DNA of 62,893 nucleotides, filler included, from Sphacelaria rigidula (Eukaryota): the NCBI GenBank assembly GCA_964200075.2. It is 9 parts of 9 records of this genome, joined end to end, with 100 filler letters (N's around TTAATTAATTAA, not from the genome) between each part and the next. Parts side by side here need not be neighbours in the genome. Positions count along the whole stretch, not along the records: positions 41,998 to 48,896 come from CAXNAA020017514.1; positions 48,997 to 55,895 come from CAXNAA020017515.1; positions 55,996 to 62,893 come from CAXNAA020017516.1; 6 more parts are not named here. The stretch is one strand, 5' to 3'. Of the stretch, positions 43,666 to 56,480 are shown piece after piece. Both the position numbers and the translations under genes were made by a program. The notes below the pieces were generated by a model, which did not search any database, was not told the DNA's origin, and was given only the letters and a program-made list of their open reading frames with translations. Numbering within the stretch: position 1 is the stretch's first letter; every line of letters begins with the position of its first letter.

Positions 43666-46600
43666 AAAGAGTTCGGGGTCCTCGAGTGAGTGTATATCTG
43701 GATATGGTGGTGCACTCACTTTCACATCATGACCATCTGGAAGGGTGAACTGCTGGCAAACGAACATAAAGCTGTACTGGGGATCCCTCTTGAAAACGAC
43801 AATCTGTACAAAATTTCATCCAGGTATCGCCTGTAAAGATGCTCAGTGCGGGAGGTACGGTCGTATACGCGCTGTCGCCCCCTGCGACGGGCTGAAACTT
43901 TGGCCACAAGTCATGCAAACCACAGTCAAAAAGCCCATGTGCCTGGATCTGGGGCGTTGTGCGTTGCAACGGTGCGCGACGGGTTGAAAAGAGGTCAGAT
44001 TTTTTTCCGATTTTTTTTTATTTTGACGGAGGACTGGAAGGCCAAGTTTTTGGGCCCGTTCAATGTTTTTGGCGGTTTTGGAGTGGTTTTTGTTACCGCC
44101 CGTTCAAATAATCCAGAGGAAAAAAATGAACGGCTCCCATAAGAGTTGGTCTCATACCGAACAATTTCGACCTCCGTTCATTCCTCTACCAATTGTTCGT
44201 CTCCTTCAGTCAACACAGGATTTTACAAATTGCAGATGATGTTCCGAGAATGAACGAGGTCACGCATCACGGGCGGATGGTGTATTTTCATTTTGTTTCG
44301 AGAATATTTCAATGCGTATGATTGGGTAAAAATTGACTGAAGAATTTATGTTTTCAATTTCAGAAAAACTTGAGGGGCGCTGATTGGTCGAGGTACATTT
44401 TCGCCCTTAGCACCACCGCTATGGCCTTGAACAAAAATCTGACTATGTCATCCTCTTCGTCCGTTAATTGCGGTCAGTATGACATCATGCGCGCGACTAT
44501 TGGGTAGGTATTGCGGAAGATATTTGCTGATGACACAATTGTGGGTGATGAGCGTGAATCAGCCTGTATGATGGACATGCACAGCAGGTGCGTTGAATAA
44601 AAAGGGAATGGCGCGACGCTGGTGTCCACCATTTCGATGCACACTGCGCCCTAATGTATTTGCACCATTGAAGCTATGCCTTTGAAGCCTACGCACGGTA
44701 CCAACCACGATACGTTCGAAGTGTCTCACCAGCACTCCTCATTTGACACGAGGTGCGCCTTGTTTTGTAAACAAAGTAAATATAAAAGCTGGATTGAGAC
44801 TTGTTTGCGTTGCAAAACGACGCACCTCATATCAGATGAATGGTCTTCCCGTCCTCGTCTATGTAGCACAGCTCGTGAAAGATGAATGACAGCCACCCAG
44901 CTGTAGACATTCTCTGGATTACGATACTCGTGCGACTTTTTCATCAATTCACCTACGAGTATCAACGTCGGAGAACCCATGTGGCCACGGGTCTGAGAAT
45001 GTTTAGCCGTTTCCATTTTCTACAATACAATACAGTATGACCATCATTTGGTTTTCAAGCAAAAAAGGGGTTCCGATAGCACCCTCCAGGTCGCGGTGCG
45101 GCACGTGTAGGGTGAAGGTCCCACACGTATCGAGTTGGACCTGCACAAAATAAATAATCAGTGCCAACGGAATATTAACGGATAAGCCCCTGGAGCTCAA
45201 GAGAGCCTATCACCATAACTGTTCAGTGCCCGAGGTGAGTCTGTGCTACCATCTACGAGGGCGGACATATCGCTCGCACATGTAAATTTTGTTTCAGCAC
45301 CTTGCTGTCGTGTACCGAGTGTGCTGCCCAGTCTGTTGTTGTATATACTGTTTGTTGTACCGAAATATCTGAACTTCTGCGTTATGAAGAGTTTTTGGTG
45401 CATTCCCTGTAGAGCAGATACCACAGCAAGTGAGGTCTTACAGTTTGACCGTCGGTGTTGGTAGTACAGACTCAAAGACATCTGGTAGGTTCGCGAGCGC
45501 GCTGATGTAGGTCATTTACCTGCGCCGGCGCTGACCTGCCGTGTCTCGGTCGGAGAGTTTGACGATGTTTTTATTACTCTGGAAAGGCGAGTGTCTGAAA
45601 TTTTGCCTTTTCATTACGAGCACTTGTTCTACGCTATATACCACCCCCAACTGACAACATTTCCAATATGCAGTGTTCCCTGGTGTACCCATCAACAACG
45701 TACTGAGGTGGAAGCCAGCATGTGGAAATATTAGCATCGATCAAAGACGGCATATATCGTACCTCCACGTATTTCTTTTAGCGATGCTTCAGGCAAAATG
45801 GGCGCTGAATCAAGCTTCCCGTCCGGGCTGTCGTCTCACGAGCGACGCTAATCTATTTTTCATTTTTGCCACAGCACACGGCACCCACACACCTAAAGTA
45901 TCTCATTTTGTTTGATGACAGCAGTAGTGTCCATGCTCCTGCAAGACATCATTACAAAACAACTACGCCCCTGTCGGCTGTGCTGTATATGGCATGGTAC
46001 CGTCATTTTAATGCAGTACTGCTTACGTCTTGCGTTTCAGTGCAGCACACCGCAGCTGAAAACTTACGAAATATGCGCGCATCTGACATTCCGAACCTGC
46101 TTCGATTTGTTGACGGCAGTATGGTGCAGTATCTTCGACATGCCTACAAGTTCTTCACGTGCAGATGTCGAACATAATCTGTTGCTTGGGCTCGAATTGT
46201 GTTCCCTAGATCTAATTTTTCAATGAAACTGGCACCTTCCCGAAACCCGAGAACCTGTGGGGCAGGTGGGGGGTTCTGTTGCATTGCACATAGAGAGCGG
46301 ATAATCTCGCCTCATGTTGCTCCAGAGAAGAAAATGAAGCAGCACCTGCATCAGCGGCGGGTGCGTGGCTGGTATCTCTTGCACCTTGCAGGCCCCCCTC
46401 ACCTGTGCGTATAGCTCGCAGCCTGCAGATAGAAGACTTTTCTGCGTATCGAGACTTCTGTTCCGATCACCCCTCCCAACTTTACTACGTATTTTGAGAG
46501 TTCAAATATGCAGTATGTCGGACTCCGGAGGGCGTGATGTTGTGTTGAAGTGCCTCTAGTATTCTTTTGGCCGCCATCGTTGGTTTGTTCGACTCAACCT

Positions 46601-47561
46601 GAACGACAAGCGTGTACAGACAGCACAGGTACTGCCTTGGCGCAGACCAGTTTATTCGCCCAGTACTGTGATATTCTTGAGCGAGCGACCTTTCAGGTTT
46701 GCCCGTTTACCAGCGCACGCGCGCAGGCGAAGTCAACCACGAATGAGAGAAAAATCAAATTTCAAATTGCATTGCACGGAGTCTCTCTTACATGTGTTTT
46801 TCTTTCACCGTACAGTAGTATACAAACTAAACACATTTGCACAAAATTCAAAAAGTTGGCGCGAAGCGGAATTGGTCTGCTTTCTGATTTGGGCGATTTG
46901 AACGAACACAGTACCCCCCGCTTTCCCCGACCGGTCCACTCGCTTTCAATCCCAAACACTTGAAAGTTGCACAACAGTCAGTACAGCGTGTACAGTGCCG
47001 TATTACGGAGAGGTATGCATATAAATACGCTTGCCACATGACGTTCACCAAGCGTGGGCGAGACATCGTAAGGGGTGGGTGTGGGGACTTATCTAAACCT
47101 CGGGTTACTGCACAGTTTGTGAATCGTTTTTTTTCATGTTCAGAGTAAGTGTGGTGGGCGACTACCCGTTCCCTGGTGCCGTGTGAAAGGGGAAATGTTC
47201 AGTAGCATCCGAAACGGTCTTGTCAGCGAGATATTACTTCACGAAAGTGACGCTGTGAAAGAAACAAACGGGTTTCCGCAGCTGTCTGGTGTGAAGTTGC
47301 TTTCGGGGGCCGTATTTATGAATTCCCTTTCCCTGAACCTTTCCTCACCCCGACCTTTGCCCGCGCCTGCCCTCCTGCCGTCAAGTCTAGGACGAAGAAA
47401 GAACGTTGTACTTCAGGGGAACGAATTAGCAGGGACGTCAGGGCAGCATAAGCTTCACACGGTATATAAAGTATCATCAGAAACGAGCGAGCGTAAGTCT
47501 CGGCTACTCGCTGAGAGGTTGAAACAAGATCGAAGGAGCGGTTATTGCACGTGGAAATCAG

Positions 47562-47814
47562 GTCGAGTCGGTTCGACACAGACATCAAACGAAGCACATT
47601 GTAGAAGAGTACCGCCTTGGCAACATGGGAGATCCATTGGACGATTCTCTCGATGTGACCCCACCCCCTGATAGTGAGAAGGGGAGGAGGACGAGCGCCG
47701 CGAAAGGGCACGGACGAAAGGGGCCGGGTAGAGCGAACAGCAGCGGGCCTGTAAGGAAGGTGCTTGACGTTGACGTGCTTATTGAGGAACTGTTGTCGGT
47801 TTCTACCAATACAG
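47562..47814 (+). CDS. Possible internal exon of an unknown low-complexity protein
   Basis: AATCAG| acceptor, open frame VESVRHRHQTKHIVEEYRLGNMGDPLDDSLDVTPPPDSEKG...VRKVLDVDVLIEELLSVSTNT, and a strong donor CAG|GTGAGT. No partner exons identified. Confidence 0.35.
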
Positions 47815-47990
47815 GTGAGTTTGCGCAGGGAGGGGGTAGATGGTTGTTCGCTGGTCCCTCACACCAATTGTTGGTATCTACTTAACTGTATGCTGTTGCG
47901 ATGAAAGTCAAGGGCTCTGCGTGTTTTCTTGGGGCTCTCTCCCAGACAAGAAATTGAGGGTTACCTCCTCAAGGGTTAGCTGTGATTGTA

Positions 47991-48030
47991 CGATGTGCCT
48001 CGTACGATGTGCCTCGTACGATGTGCCTCG
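47991..48030. repeat. 14-bp tandem repeat x3 (TACGATGTGCCTCG)
   Basis: Directly visible. Confidence 0.9.
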
Positions 48031-48835
48031 CCTGGTGGTGAATAACTCTCGTCACTGGTCCTCTGATGGTGCTGTACAGACAGCACAGCACAGAAACAAG
48101 TGCCGCAGTATACTTGCCTGCACTGCAAGACTACGGTTTCACCAACTGAGTGTCCCATATTTGTATCTTATTTTCTTCGGTGATGCTCTTCCCTGACACG
48201 AGGGTGTCATTTAGTTTAGCCGCTCCAGTTGCGTATGAGTGTGGAATGCAAGCCAGGGCACTCAGCTGGTTGTTGCCGTGTATATTACATTATACCGCGC
48301 TGCACCTTACAACGGAGACTCACTGCTCCTCGAATGTTTTGTTAACGAGTCGAGCCGGCTGCGGCAGTGCACAACATCGTGCGCAAATTCTCGTTCTCGT
48401 GTTTGTAAAAACCGAATGGAACATGCGCATCGTTATTTTATGGTAGATACAGGAAAGGTGCAGTTGTACAATCCAGTATACCGTTCATGACCCCCGTTGC
48501 TCCAAGCGCGCGATTTTTTGGCGCTCTCTCAGGGGTATTGTACGGCATTCTTCATCTTGGGTGTTCCCTCAGGGACACACGTAGCAAAAAAAGTCACCTC
48601 TCAAATCTTGCCGTGTTGACGAGCTGTGGCACGCTCGCGGGGATTCATAGTCTGTTCCGCGCGCGGCATGTGCCCGCCCCGCTCGTGCGTGCGCAGGCCA
48701 GGGTCAGGAGCAGACCAACGCACACACCAGCAAGAAAAGGAATGACCTTGAGCATCGTAGGGTAGCGCATATGGTCTCCTGTCGACCTACTTGGACCTTG
48801 CAAGTAACTACGGCGTAGCGAATTCTGTCGTCAGT

Positions 48836-48876
<41 letters not shown>

Positions 48877-48896
48877 CTTCACATTAAAAGCCGTTC
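48836..48896 (-). mobile_element. (CAA)n tail and 3' end of SINE-like family B, cut by the contig end
   Basis: (GTT)~12 followed by GTCTTCACATTAAAAGCCGTTC, as at 24513-24543. Confidence 0.85.
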
Positions 48897-49105
48897 NNNN
48901 NNNNNNNNNNNNNNNNNNNNNNNNNNNNNNNNNNNNNNNNTTAATTAATTAANNNNNNNNNNNNNNNNNNNNNNNNNNNNNNNNNNNNNNNNNNNNATCA
49001 CGCAAGAAAAAAAGGACGAAACACATATATATCCGATTTATTGCAAGACCGGTTTTGTAGGTGGGTACTAGAAAGACTCAAGTCTACGTTCACACACATA
49101 CGTAC

Positions 49106-52100
49106 ATCAAGGAAGAGCATCAGCGCTGGTAGATAGGGCATAAGCTCGCTGGTTTGATTGTTGTTTTCTTCGTTGAGCCCCTGTGATACCCATCGCATCA
49201 CATGGCCGCCGTCGCAGTCACCAATCATTACATGCACACAACGGCGGCAGAGCGCGCGCGGGGCACAGAGTGGCGCGGAGGGCAAGGGGCGGCAGCAGAT
49301 CATTCGTTGAACGGTTCAGGTGAGAGAACAACAGAACATCAGAGGGCAACAAGGAGAAAAAACAAAAGCAAGACGGTGCGTACATGAACCTGCCACGGTG
49401 GGGGAGGGGGGATGCTGATAAAACCATCACTTTTCGTCACTCAAGCACGTCAGAAGATGCGATAGACAAAATACAACAACAACAACAACAACAACAACAA
49501 AAGTCGAAGACAGACAACTCGACGTTCAGACATGAATTACCCCAGTAGAGTAGGAGTAAGGACAAGACTCCTCGAAGATGAACAACTAACACCCACCCAA
49601 ACCTTGCACGGTTAGGACGAATCAGAGTTAATACGAGTTGACTCCCCAGGAAATAACAGGATTCAACCTGTAAAACTTGTTGGTCCCGCAGAGTCGAGGG
49701 TGCGTAACACATACGCAGTGCAGGCATCTTGCGCGCTTTACAGATGGGAGAAAAGTACGCGTGATTCAGGGCCCATAATTTGAGGGGATTCAACCGTGTG
49801 CCGACTCTTTTTCCCGCATTAACCCGAAGGTGGGAAAAATATGCGAGCGCTCGCCTCGAACGACTCGGTCAAGCAAGTTGTACATGCCGTTCACGCCTCA
49901 TGATGGTAAGAAGGGCGTGGCATGTCCAACCAATTCATTCAGATTGCAGTAGAGGGGATGAATATGTGCCCGTGATATACCCCGTATAAACGGAAGGTAG
50001 GAAACAGGTACATTTGACGTGTCCTGCACGACTCACGAGCTTAAAAGCTGTATATACTACAAACGATGGAATTATGAATATGAGTTACATCACGATTTGA
50101 TTTGTCCCAACCGTGAAACCTCACGAAGCAATAACTCACCCACGAAGTATGTCGGTGAATCAGATGACCAAATTTACGATTGCTGGCGCCTGACTACTCG
50201 AGAGAGAAAAAAATGTTGACCGCGGGTAAAAAATAACTTGCAAATGTTGCGCTATTGCACGTGCTTGCGCGTACCTGGGGTGCAACGCGAAAAACAAAGC
50301 CCAAATTGTACTGTACGAATAAAATACACTAAACGCCTTTCAGGTGAATCATTATTGGTCCTACCTCGATTGTCTCGAAATACCAACTGGTCAGTTCTAA
50401 ATCTAGGGGAACCCGGCAGTCACAACGGAGACATAGTCCTGGTAATTAACCGAAAACACACACTCCGCAAGATATTTCAATAGAAATACGAGCACATGTT
50501 TGTGTGTGTGATTGTGTATGTGTGCGCGTTTGTCCTATTTATTCTGGACGCCCACGCCTTTCGGTGTATAGTAGTCAGCATCAGAAGTTTTCAGAATTGG
50601 TAGTTGTTATATTTTTGTAGTTTTTCTGGAGTACTATTATTTACTACTAGAAAGTGCTAGCGCCGGTAGATTTCGGGAGAAAGCGTAGGCCGCGCTCAAA
50701 CTGCAGTGCTCAAGTTGGTGTTTTTGCGGCGATACGGACTTGGTACCCCATTCAATAGGAGGGTGTTATTGACCGTTTTTGGTCCAAAACGCGCAGTTTT
50801 TCCGCTCTTCAGCGATGGAACGGTGGATATTCAAATATATGAACATGTATAAAAAAAAGTTACAGTAACCATCGAGATCGTGTTTCCCTCCTACACTGCA
50901 CAGACCTCAGTCTAGAATTTCCTGCGGATGACCTATTTTCGGGCTTTGTTCGCAACACATTTTCGATGAGCACTCGGAAGTGCTTTTATAGGGTCGATAT
51001 TTTCGGGAAAATAAGCAAACCGTGCTCAAATCATGATAGCCCAAGTTCGTGTCGTGGGGGCGATACCGGGTAAAGACCCCGTTTATCAGGAGGGTGTTAT
51101 TGACCGTAAATGGTTCAAGAATTATAGTTTTCCTGCTTCAGCGTAGTGACCAGGTGAAATTTCAAGAAAACAATTTTTTCCAAGTCTTCATTTACATTAT
51201 CCGGATCGAGTCGGTCCACCGAAAATACCGAAAAGCTAGAGCCTGGGGTCGTATTTTCGCAGGACCCTCACAGATCGGTCAAGCCCCTAAGTCACTCATT
51301 ATTGATCGCAGATGATTTTTCTTACAGTATTTGTCAAGGTATAAAAATATCTCCGGGTGCCCATTTTTTGGCATGCAATAGCCACTGTGATGAGTGGTGG
51401 CGAGCAAAACAAATTTGGACAACCTTTGACAAACCAAGAAATTATGGATTTTGCATACTTCTGACGCTGACTACTGTACGTGGGCTCACCACCCGAGGTC
51501 ATACCGACGTTTGTTTTTCTCTGCCTCCCTCCAGCGGTGCTCACCTTGCTTATACCCTACGATGGGGATAAAATATCTACATTTATCATACACATGTCCA
51601 TGAGAATCATCATGCATTTGATGTGTGGACGGGCTGCTGGATATATTGCTTGGCTTTTTCTCCAAGGGGCAATGACGCGAGGTTTTCATGAAAAATCCAC
51701 GGCTAAAATGGTCCGAAACTGCTCAATAAACAATAGAAGGTCCTACCCAGCAGAGAAGAAGAGAACGAGGAGGGGGGAGGGCAACAAGCTACCATACGAC
51801 AGCGAAGTGTGCGTTGGGAGAGCTCATATCGGCGCGGCCGGCGACAAACATGATCAAGTTTCGCATGCTCACGAGGACTTCTGGCTTCTAATGGGGACAC
51901 TGTCACCCTGCCACAGACCATTTGCTCAGCAGGTTTGTGGGATCTTCATCGCAGCTACCTCATGTGCATCTCATACCATCAAAACTCGGAAACGTTCGCA
52001 TGATTTCAGCACGTGTGCATGGAACTTCCATCACTGAAGAACGAGTAATTCTTCGCGTCCACATTGAATGAACACAACATATGGCAAGCGGGGCCGGGGC

Positions 52101-54618
52101 CGGGGCCGGGGGGGGGGGCTTCTCATTCGTGACCTACCTCATTCGCTTGATCATTGACAAAGCATCCCTTTCGAGACGAAGCACCGTTCCTACTTCCGAC
52201 AGAGACATCTGCAACACTCCGGTGCTCATTACGTTTCTTCCATACACTACACAGAACTGTTCACGTATCTTATCCCCGTTCTGTTTCGCCGCCTGCGGTC
52301 AACACCTATCTCCTAGCATAGCCATCGTTTTTTCCGTACTGTTTGATGCATTAAACGATTTAAAGCCACCTTCATCCACGTCTCGCATTCCTCCTATAGA
52401 CCGTACGTCCCGTTCCTCCTTGTATACTTCACATTCTGCCACTGTATGAGTTCTATGCTTTATTGCTTCTCCACGGGGGCAATTCTGTGCATCTACTGCC
52501 TCCTCCCGGCTACTGGCGTATATTTTTCTCCTCTCTGGGAGGTTCTCAGGTCCCCCACCCGAAATGACAGTTTCAACTTTTTCGCCGCGTCTATCTGTCT
52601 CCTCTCTCAACAGGGGGGGAGAAACAACACTGTCCACCTGGGACCCTTCAGCTCACCTGCACAATACCCGAATACGCCTCAAGCACACTCTCTCTGAGAC
52701 CGTTAATGTAGTCCACCATATCCTCATCCTGGCCCTGGGTGGTTCCACATACGCCTTGCGCCTGCGCCAGCATGTTCATCGTCATCTGCGAAATACGGCA
52801 GGACGAAAAGGGGTGGAGTGGGTTGGGGAGGAAAGCACCACACACCAATATGTCATTCGCACCGAAACTCACCGTGTACCACGTATTCCTGACGTTATAC
52901 AAGCCACATCGTACACCCCTCACGAGGTCAAAAGAAACACCCACCAACGGTCCACGCCAAAATATGATCACATGAGCTCTTGCAACTTCTTCGAGCGCTC
53001 GTGCTCATCCCCCCCCCCCCCTCTCCCACTCCCCCCTCACGGTTTCCCGCTGGCCACCGGTTCAGAGTTCCGCCGATTTGGGACGGAAGGGGACAGGGCG
53101 TGGAGGCGTGCCCTCCCTGAAAGAAGGCAGCGAGATGGGCCTCAACCCCGTAGAATAGCCGTCTAACTGAAATCCAAGCATATACTCAGACGCTCAGTGA
53201 GGGGTCAACATATCTCCTATGACCCACCAATTGCACGTGTTTCTAATCAAGACCCACCTCCAGATATTGGCGGAACTCCCCCTGAATGGCCAGAGCGATG
53301 TCGCCCAAGCACGCAAGAACCACCGGCTTCACATCCCTGATATATCGTTCATCACCCACAAACCACACAAAATCATGCCGAACACATCATAAGAAGACGA
53401 AGCGAACACGATTACTACTGATAATACCACGCACAACAAAAAAACGACGGTGCAGGAATGTTGGTGGATAACAGGCTTGCGCTCCGCAGAACAACACCAG
53501 AACGGCATGATCATATTGCCATACATTCGTCATTTTGACCAAGATGTTCACATGTACAGCAATGTATATACTGTGACACATCTTGCGCTCCAAACCGTCA
53601 CATGGAGATCTTCATTGATCGCTCAAAGAACAAGCGCGACCCGCGGACGACTGGTACGGCCCATCTATCCCAGGACGAAAGGTGTGTGCAGGCTTTAGCA
53701 TCTCAATCAGTGTAGGGTATACGGAGCGCCTGGGGACGCGACGGGTACTTGGAGTTGATGAGCCTTGCACGGCATGAGCACAGGACAAGAAAGTGACACT
53801 AGGGGTGCGGCGCGCGCACCCTCAAAATAGAGGCGGTAATTACTACACAAACGAAAATAAACATGCGAGATCGTGTTCCGTAGCGTAGACAGACTGAGAT
53901 TCGGGTGTTTTACGAGAGTATACAAGAGGTGATGTTATCGGTAAATGACCTTCCCAAGGATACCGGAGTGTCCGGGACAGGGCTCGATACCCTGCTGGAT
54001 CACACCGAGATGCTCGGTACATATTCCGGTATGGTTTGGTACGCCAACCAAAAATCCCCGCACTTTCGGCTATACCTTGTCTACACAGAACACAACCTTG
54101 GAATTATGTATCATGATGCGGAGTGATTTTTCACGGTTGAAAAACAAGCACTGTAGGCAGCATCACGGAAAATACCGTTGGATAACGACACAAGTGCGAG
54201 GTTGACATTTTTTCAGATGCGTGTACACGCTGTAACATCTACCGTGCCATCGCATCAGCCGCGGAAGAAAATGGCAAGAGGGCGGGCAGCAAGCAAGCAG
54301 CGACGGAATCACTTTTTGAAATATCGACAACTTACTCCACAGCTTGTGATGAAACCGGTGCGAGTAGATCTGAACGTAAAAATGGCCACATTATCCATTC
54401 CTTCATGTTTCAATCCGTGGAACCGGACAACATATACAGAAACCTGAACCTGAATTCAGCGGGGGCTCGACGCGATCAACAGATCAAACCCACCGGTTAA
54501 TGCTAGCCCCCTCGAGGTTGGCCATGAGCCAGCCCATGATGTGCTGGCAGTATGGCAGCATATCCCTTTCCAAAGCGCGGCAAATATCGCCCACCACACC
54601 CGTCGCTACGATGCACAC
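49106..54618 (-). CDS. KPNB1: Partial spliced gene: importin subunit beta-1, C-terminal HEAT repeats. Exons 54618-54494, 53336-53258, 52785-52657, 49180-49106.
   Basis: Phase-compatible AG/GT exons: VCIVATGVVGDICRALERDMLPYCQHIMGWLMANLEGASINR / DVKPVVLACLGDIALAIQGEFRQYLE / MTMNMLAQAQGVCGTTQGQDEDMVDYINGLRESVLEAYSGIVQ / GLNEENNNQTSELMPYLPALMLFLD. These are hallmark importin-beta motifs (GLVGDLCRAL, VKP.ILS.FGDIALAI, DMVDYLNELRE.CLEAYTGIVQGL). Confidence 0.95.
52088..52600 (-). mobile_element. Decayed 3' ~500 nt of the poly(C)-tail LINE (C-terminal CCHC zinc-knuckle region), intronic
   Basis: NLPERRKIYASSREEAVDAQNCPRGEAIKHRTHTVAECEVYKEERDV...NSTEKTMAMLGDRC*PQAAKQNGDK..., running into the common 3' end and a C-rich tail (G-run at 52088-52119). 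Confidence 0.8.
53945..54105 (+). repeat. Interspersed repeat, second copy at ~56868-57003
   Basis: AGGGCTC.AT.CCCTGC...CCGGTATGG.TTGGTA.GCCAACCAAAAATCC...TACAGAACACAACCT.GGAA occurs in two different contigs. Confidence 0.75.
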
Positions 54619-55357
54619 CTGTCACACCACGTTATCAACAATCCACAAAAATGAACAACTTGCCGGAAATTTCGCAACTGCAGTCCTTGAGACATCTCAC
54701 AACTGATCGTCAGTGCAGGCTACATGTGCAGTATGACCGTGTATTTCACGAATTTGTACGTTCACCGTCACCAACATGGCACAAAAACTGGGTGTGATTG
54801 GACGTGCATGTACCGACTGTACTGTACTGTGCTGATCCTGCTGCCGCTACTGCTGATGCACGGTACGGTGCCGACAGAAAGCAATGTGCAGTACCCGATT
54901 CCAAAGCACAACACCGAAGGGAATAAAACAAACTGCCAGAGCGTCTACTGCTGTGTAGTGTTTCGATCTTTGGGATGGCAGCACTGTGTTGACCGCGCCG
55001 ACCAATGTTGACGCGTGCGCTCTGTTCGTTGACCCTTGCACGAATCAAGTGATGGTACACTCACCAACAATGGACACCACGGGTTTTGAACAAGGTGTTT
55101 CTCCCTCGGGAGACGGGGGGAGCGGCGGGGAACCCCGGTCATGAAAAGGAAAGGAAAAATTACTGGGATATAAACCAATCCTACGCCGACTCTAAAAGTA
55201 TATACTCAACTGTGAGAGTGGCACATGTCACTGAGGTTTCTGTGAACATTCATCACCAGCAGGATAGATCATCTCTTGAAACGGGATCACTCTTCACCTC
55301 GAAACATTTCGCACGTCGGACAACACAACTCAGGTTACTCCGAGTTAACTCTTCTTG

Positions 55358-55690
55358 GCATAACTCACCAGTGAGTTATAGCAGCATCACTAAGTTATGC
55401 GCATTCTAGCCGGGTAAGTTATAATATGTAACTCAGGTATGCGTATCTCGGGCAGGTGAGTTATGAACTATAACTCACTTTACGCGCATTCCGGATGGGT
55501 GAGATATGAACTACAACTCAGTTACGCACATTTTGATTGGGTGAGTTATAAACTATAACTCAGTTGTGCACATTCCGACCGGGTGAGTTGTATACTATAA
55601 CTCAGCTATAAAGATTCTGTCTGCGTGAGTTAAAGACTAAAACTCATCGGTGCACATCTTGGCCAGGTGAGGTAAAAACTATGACTCAGT
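55358..55690. repeat. Tandem array of ~7 x 42-bp units, each with a TGAGTTAT-N4/5-ATAACTCA palindrome
   Basis: GGTGAGTTA-like motifs start at about 55413, 55455, 55498, 55540, 55582, 55624 and 55666. Confidence 0.88.
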
Positions 55691-55741
55691 TTTGTACGAA
55701 CAGTGCAGAATAAGAATACCCTCCCCCTCCCCCCGCCCCCC

Positions 55742-55895
55742 TCGGACGTGAACAAAGGTGGCATGGAATCGTTTGATGCATTCGACAGTAGGGAGAAAGC
55801 GATGGCTATACAAGGAGATAGATGGTGGCTCGAGACGGCGAAACAGGACGTAGATAAGATATGTAAGAGGTTCTTGTGTGATGTATGGAAGAAAC
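55742..55895 (+). mobile_element. 5'-truncated poly(C)-tail LINE fragment starting immediately after a C-tract
   Basis: CCCTCCCCCTCCCCCGCCCCCC then DVNKGGMESFDAFDSREKAMAIQGDRWWLETAKQDVDKICKRFLCDVWKK, homologous to 52200-52400. Confidence 0.8.
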
Positions 55896-56034
55896 NNNNN
55901 NNNNNNNNNNNNNNNNNNNNNNNNNNNNNNNNNNNNNNNTTAATTAATTAANNNNNNNNNNNNNNNNNNNNNNNNNNNNNNNNNNNNNNNNNNNNAGCGT
56001 CATCGCCAACCGACGCCAACCCCATCGAGGGTCC

Positions 56035-56480
56035 GCCCCTACAAAGCCGGGACGGAGCACGCCGGATTCTCGTCGGACCAGGCTTTCGGGATGGGGGGGG
56101 GCGTACTCATTTGTTGCTTGCCTTAGTCATTTGACCATTGACCACGCATCTTTTTCGAGACGGAGCATGCTTTCGGGATGGGGGGGGTGAACTCGTGATC
56201 CTGCATGCCGTAGTCATAAGACCATTGACCGTGTATCCCTACAAAGCCGGGACGACGCACGCCGGGTTTTCGCCGGACCAGGCCCGCACTCAAACCACCA
56301 AGCGCGGAGCGCCGTGATATATTCCGCGAGTCACATGCAGGGTGAGCCGCATCCTCCTAAGATTGTTCGGCCCTACGCGTACTAATTATCCACCATAAAG
56401 ATGGCAGCCTCACATGAATTGCTCCATTTTTTGGGATCGCCACTTCAAGAGACAGCCACGGCCTACACTGCCTCATGGGT
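56035..56480 (-). mobile_element. Nested retroelements: family A fragment, LINE 3' end with a 19-bp duplication, full-length family A copy
   Basis: GCTTTCGGGATGGGGGGGG occurs at 56082-56100 and 56169-56187, flanking the LINE end (56101-56168). Family A spans 56188-56480. Confidence 0.85.

Noticed and set aside
47183-47671. 162-aa ORF
   Set aside because: No domain is recognisable, and it conflicts in frame with the better-supported exon ending at the 47814 donor.
50690-51250. Duplicated AGGGTGTTATTGACCGT / CCG(C/T)GCTCAAA motifs about 330 bp apart
   Set aside because: Probably an old tandem duplication within a repeat. Boundaries and TIRs could not be defined.
55070-55145. Extra upstream importin-beta exon
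   Set aside because: A donor-like site exists, but the translation does not resemble the expected KYM..F.PFL..GL.N..EYQ segment.
55358-55690. CRISPR-like array (palindromic repeat plus variable part)
   Set aside because: The spacers are short and homologous to each other, the repeats are degenerate, the context is eukaryotic and there are no cas genes.
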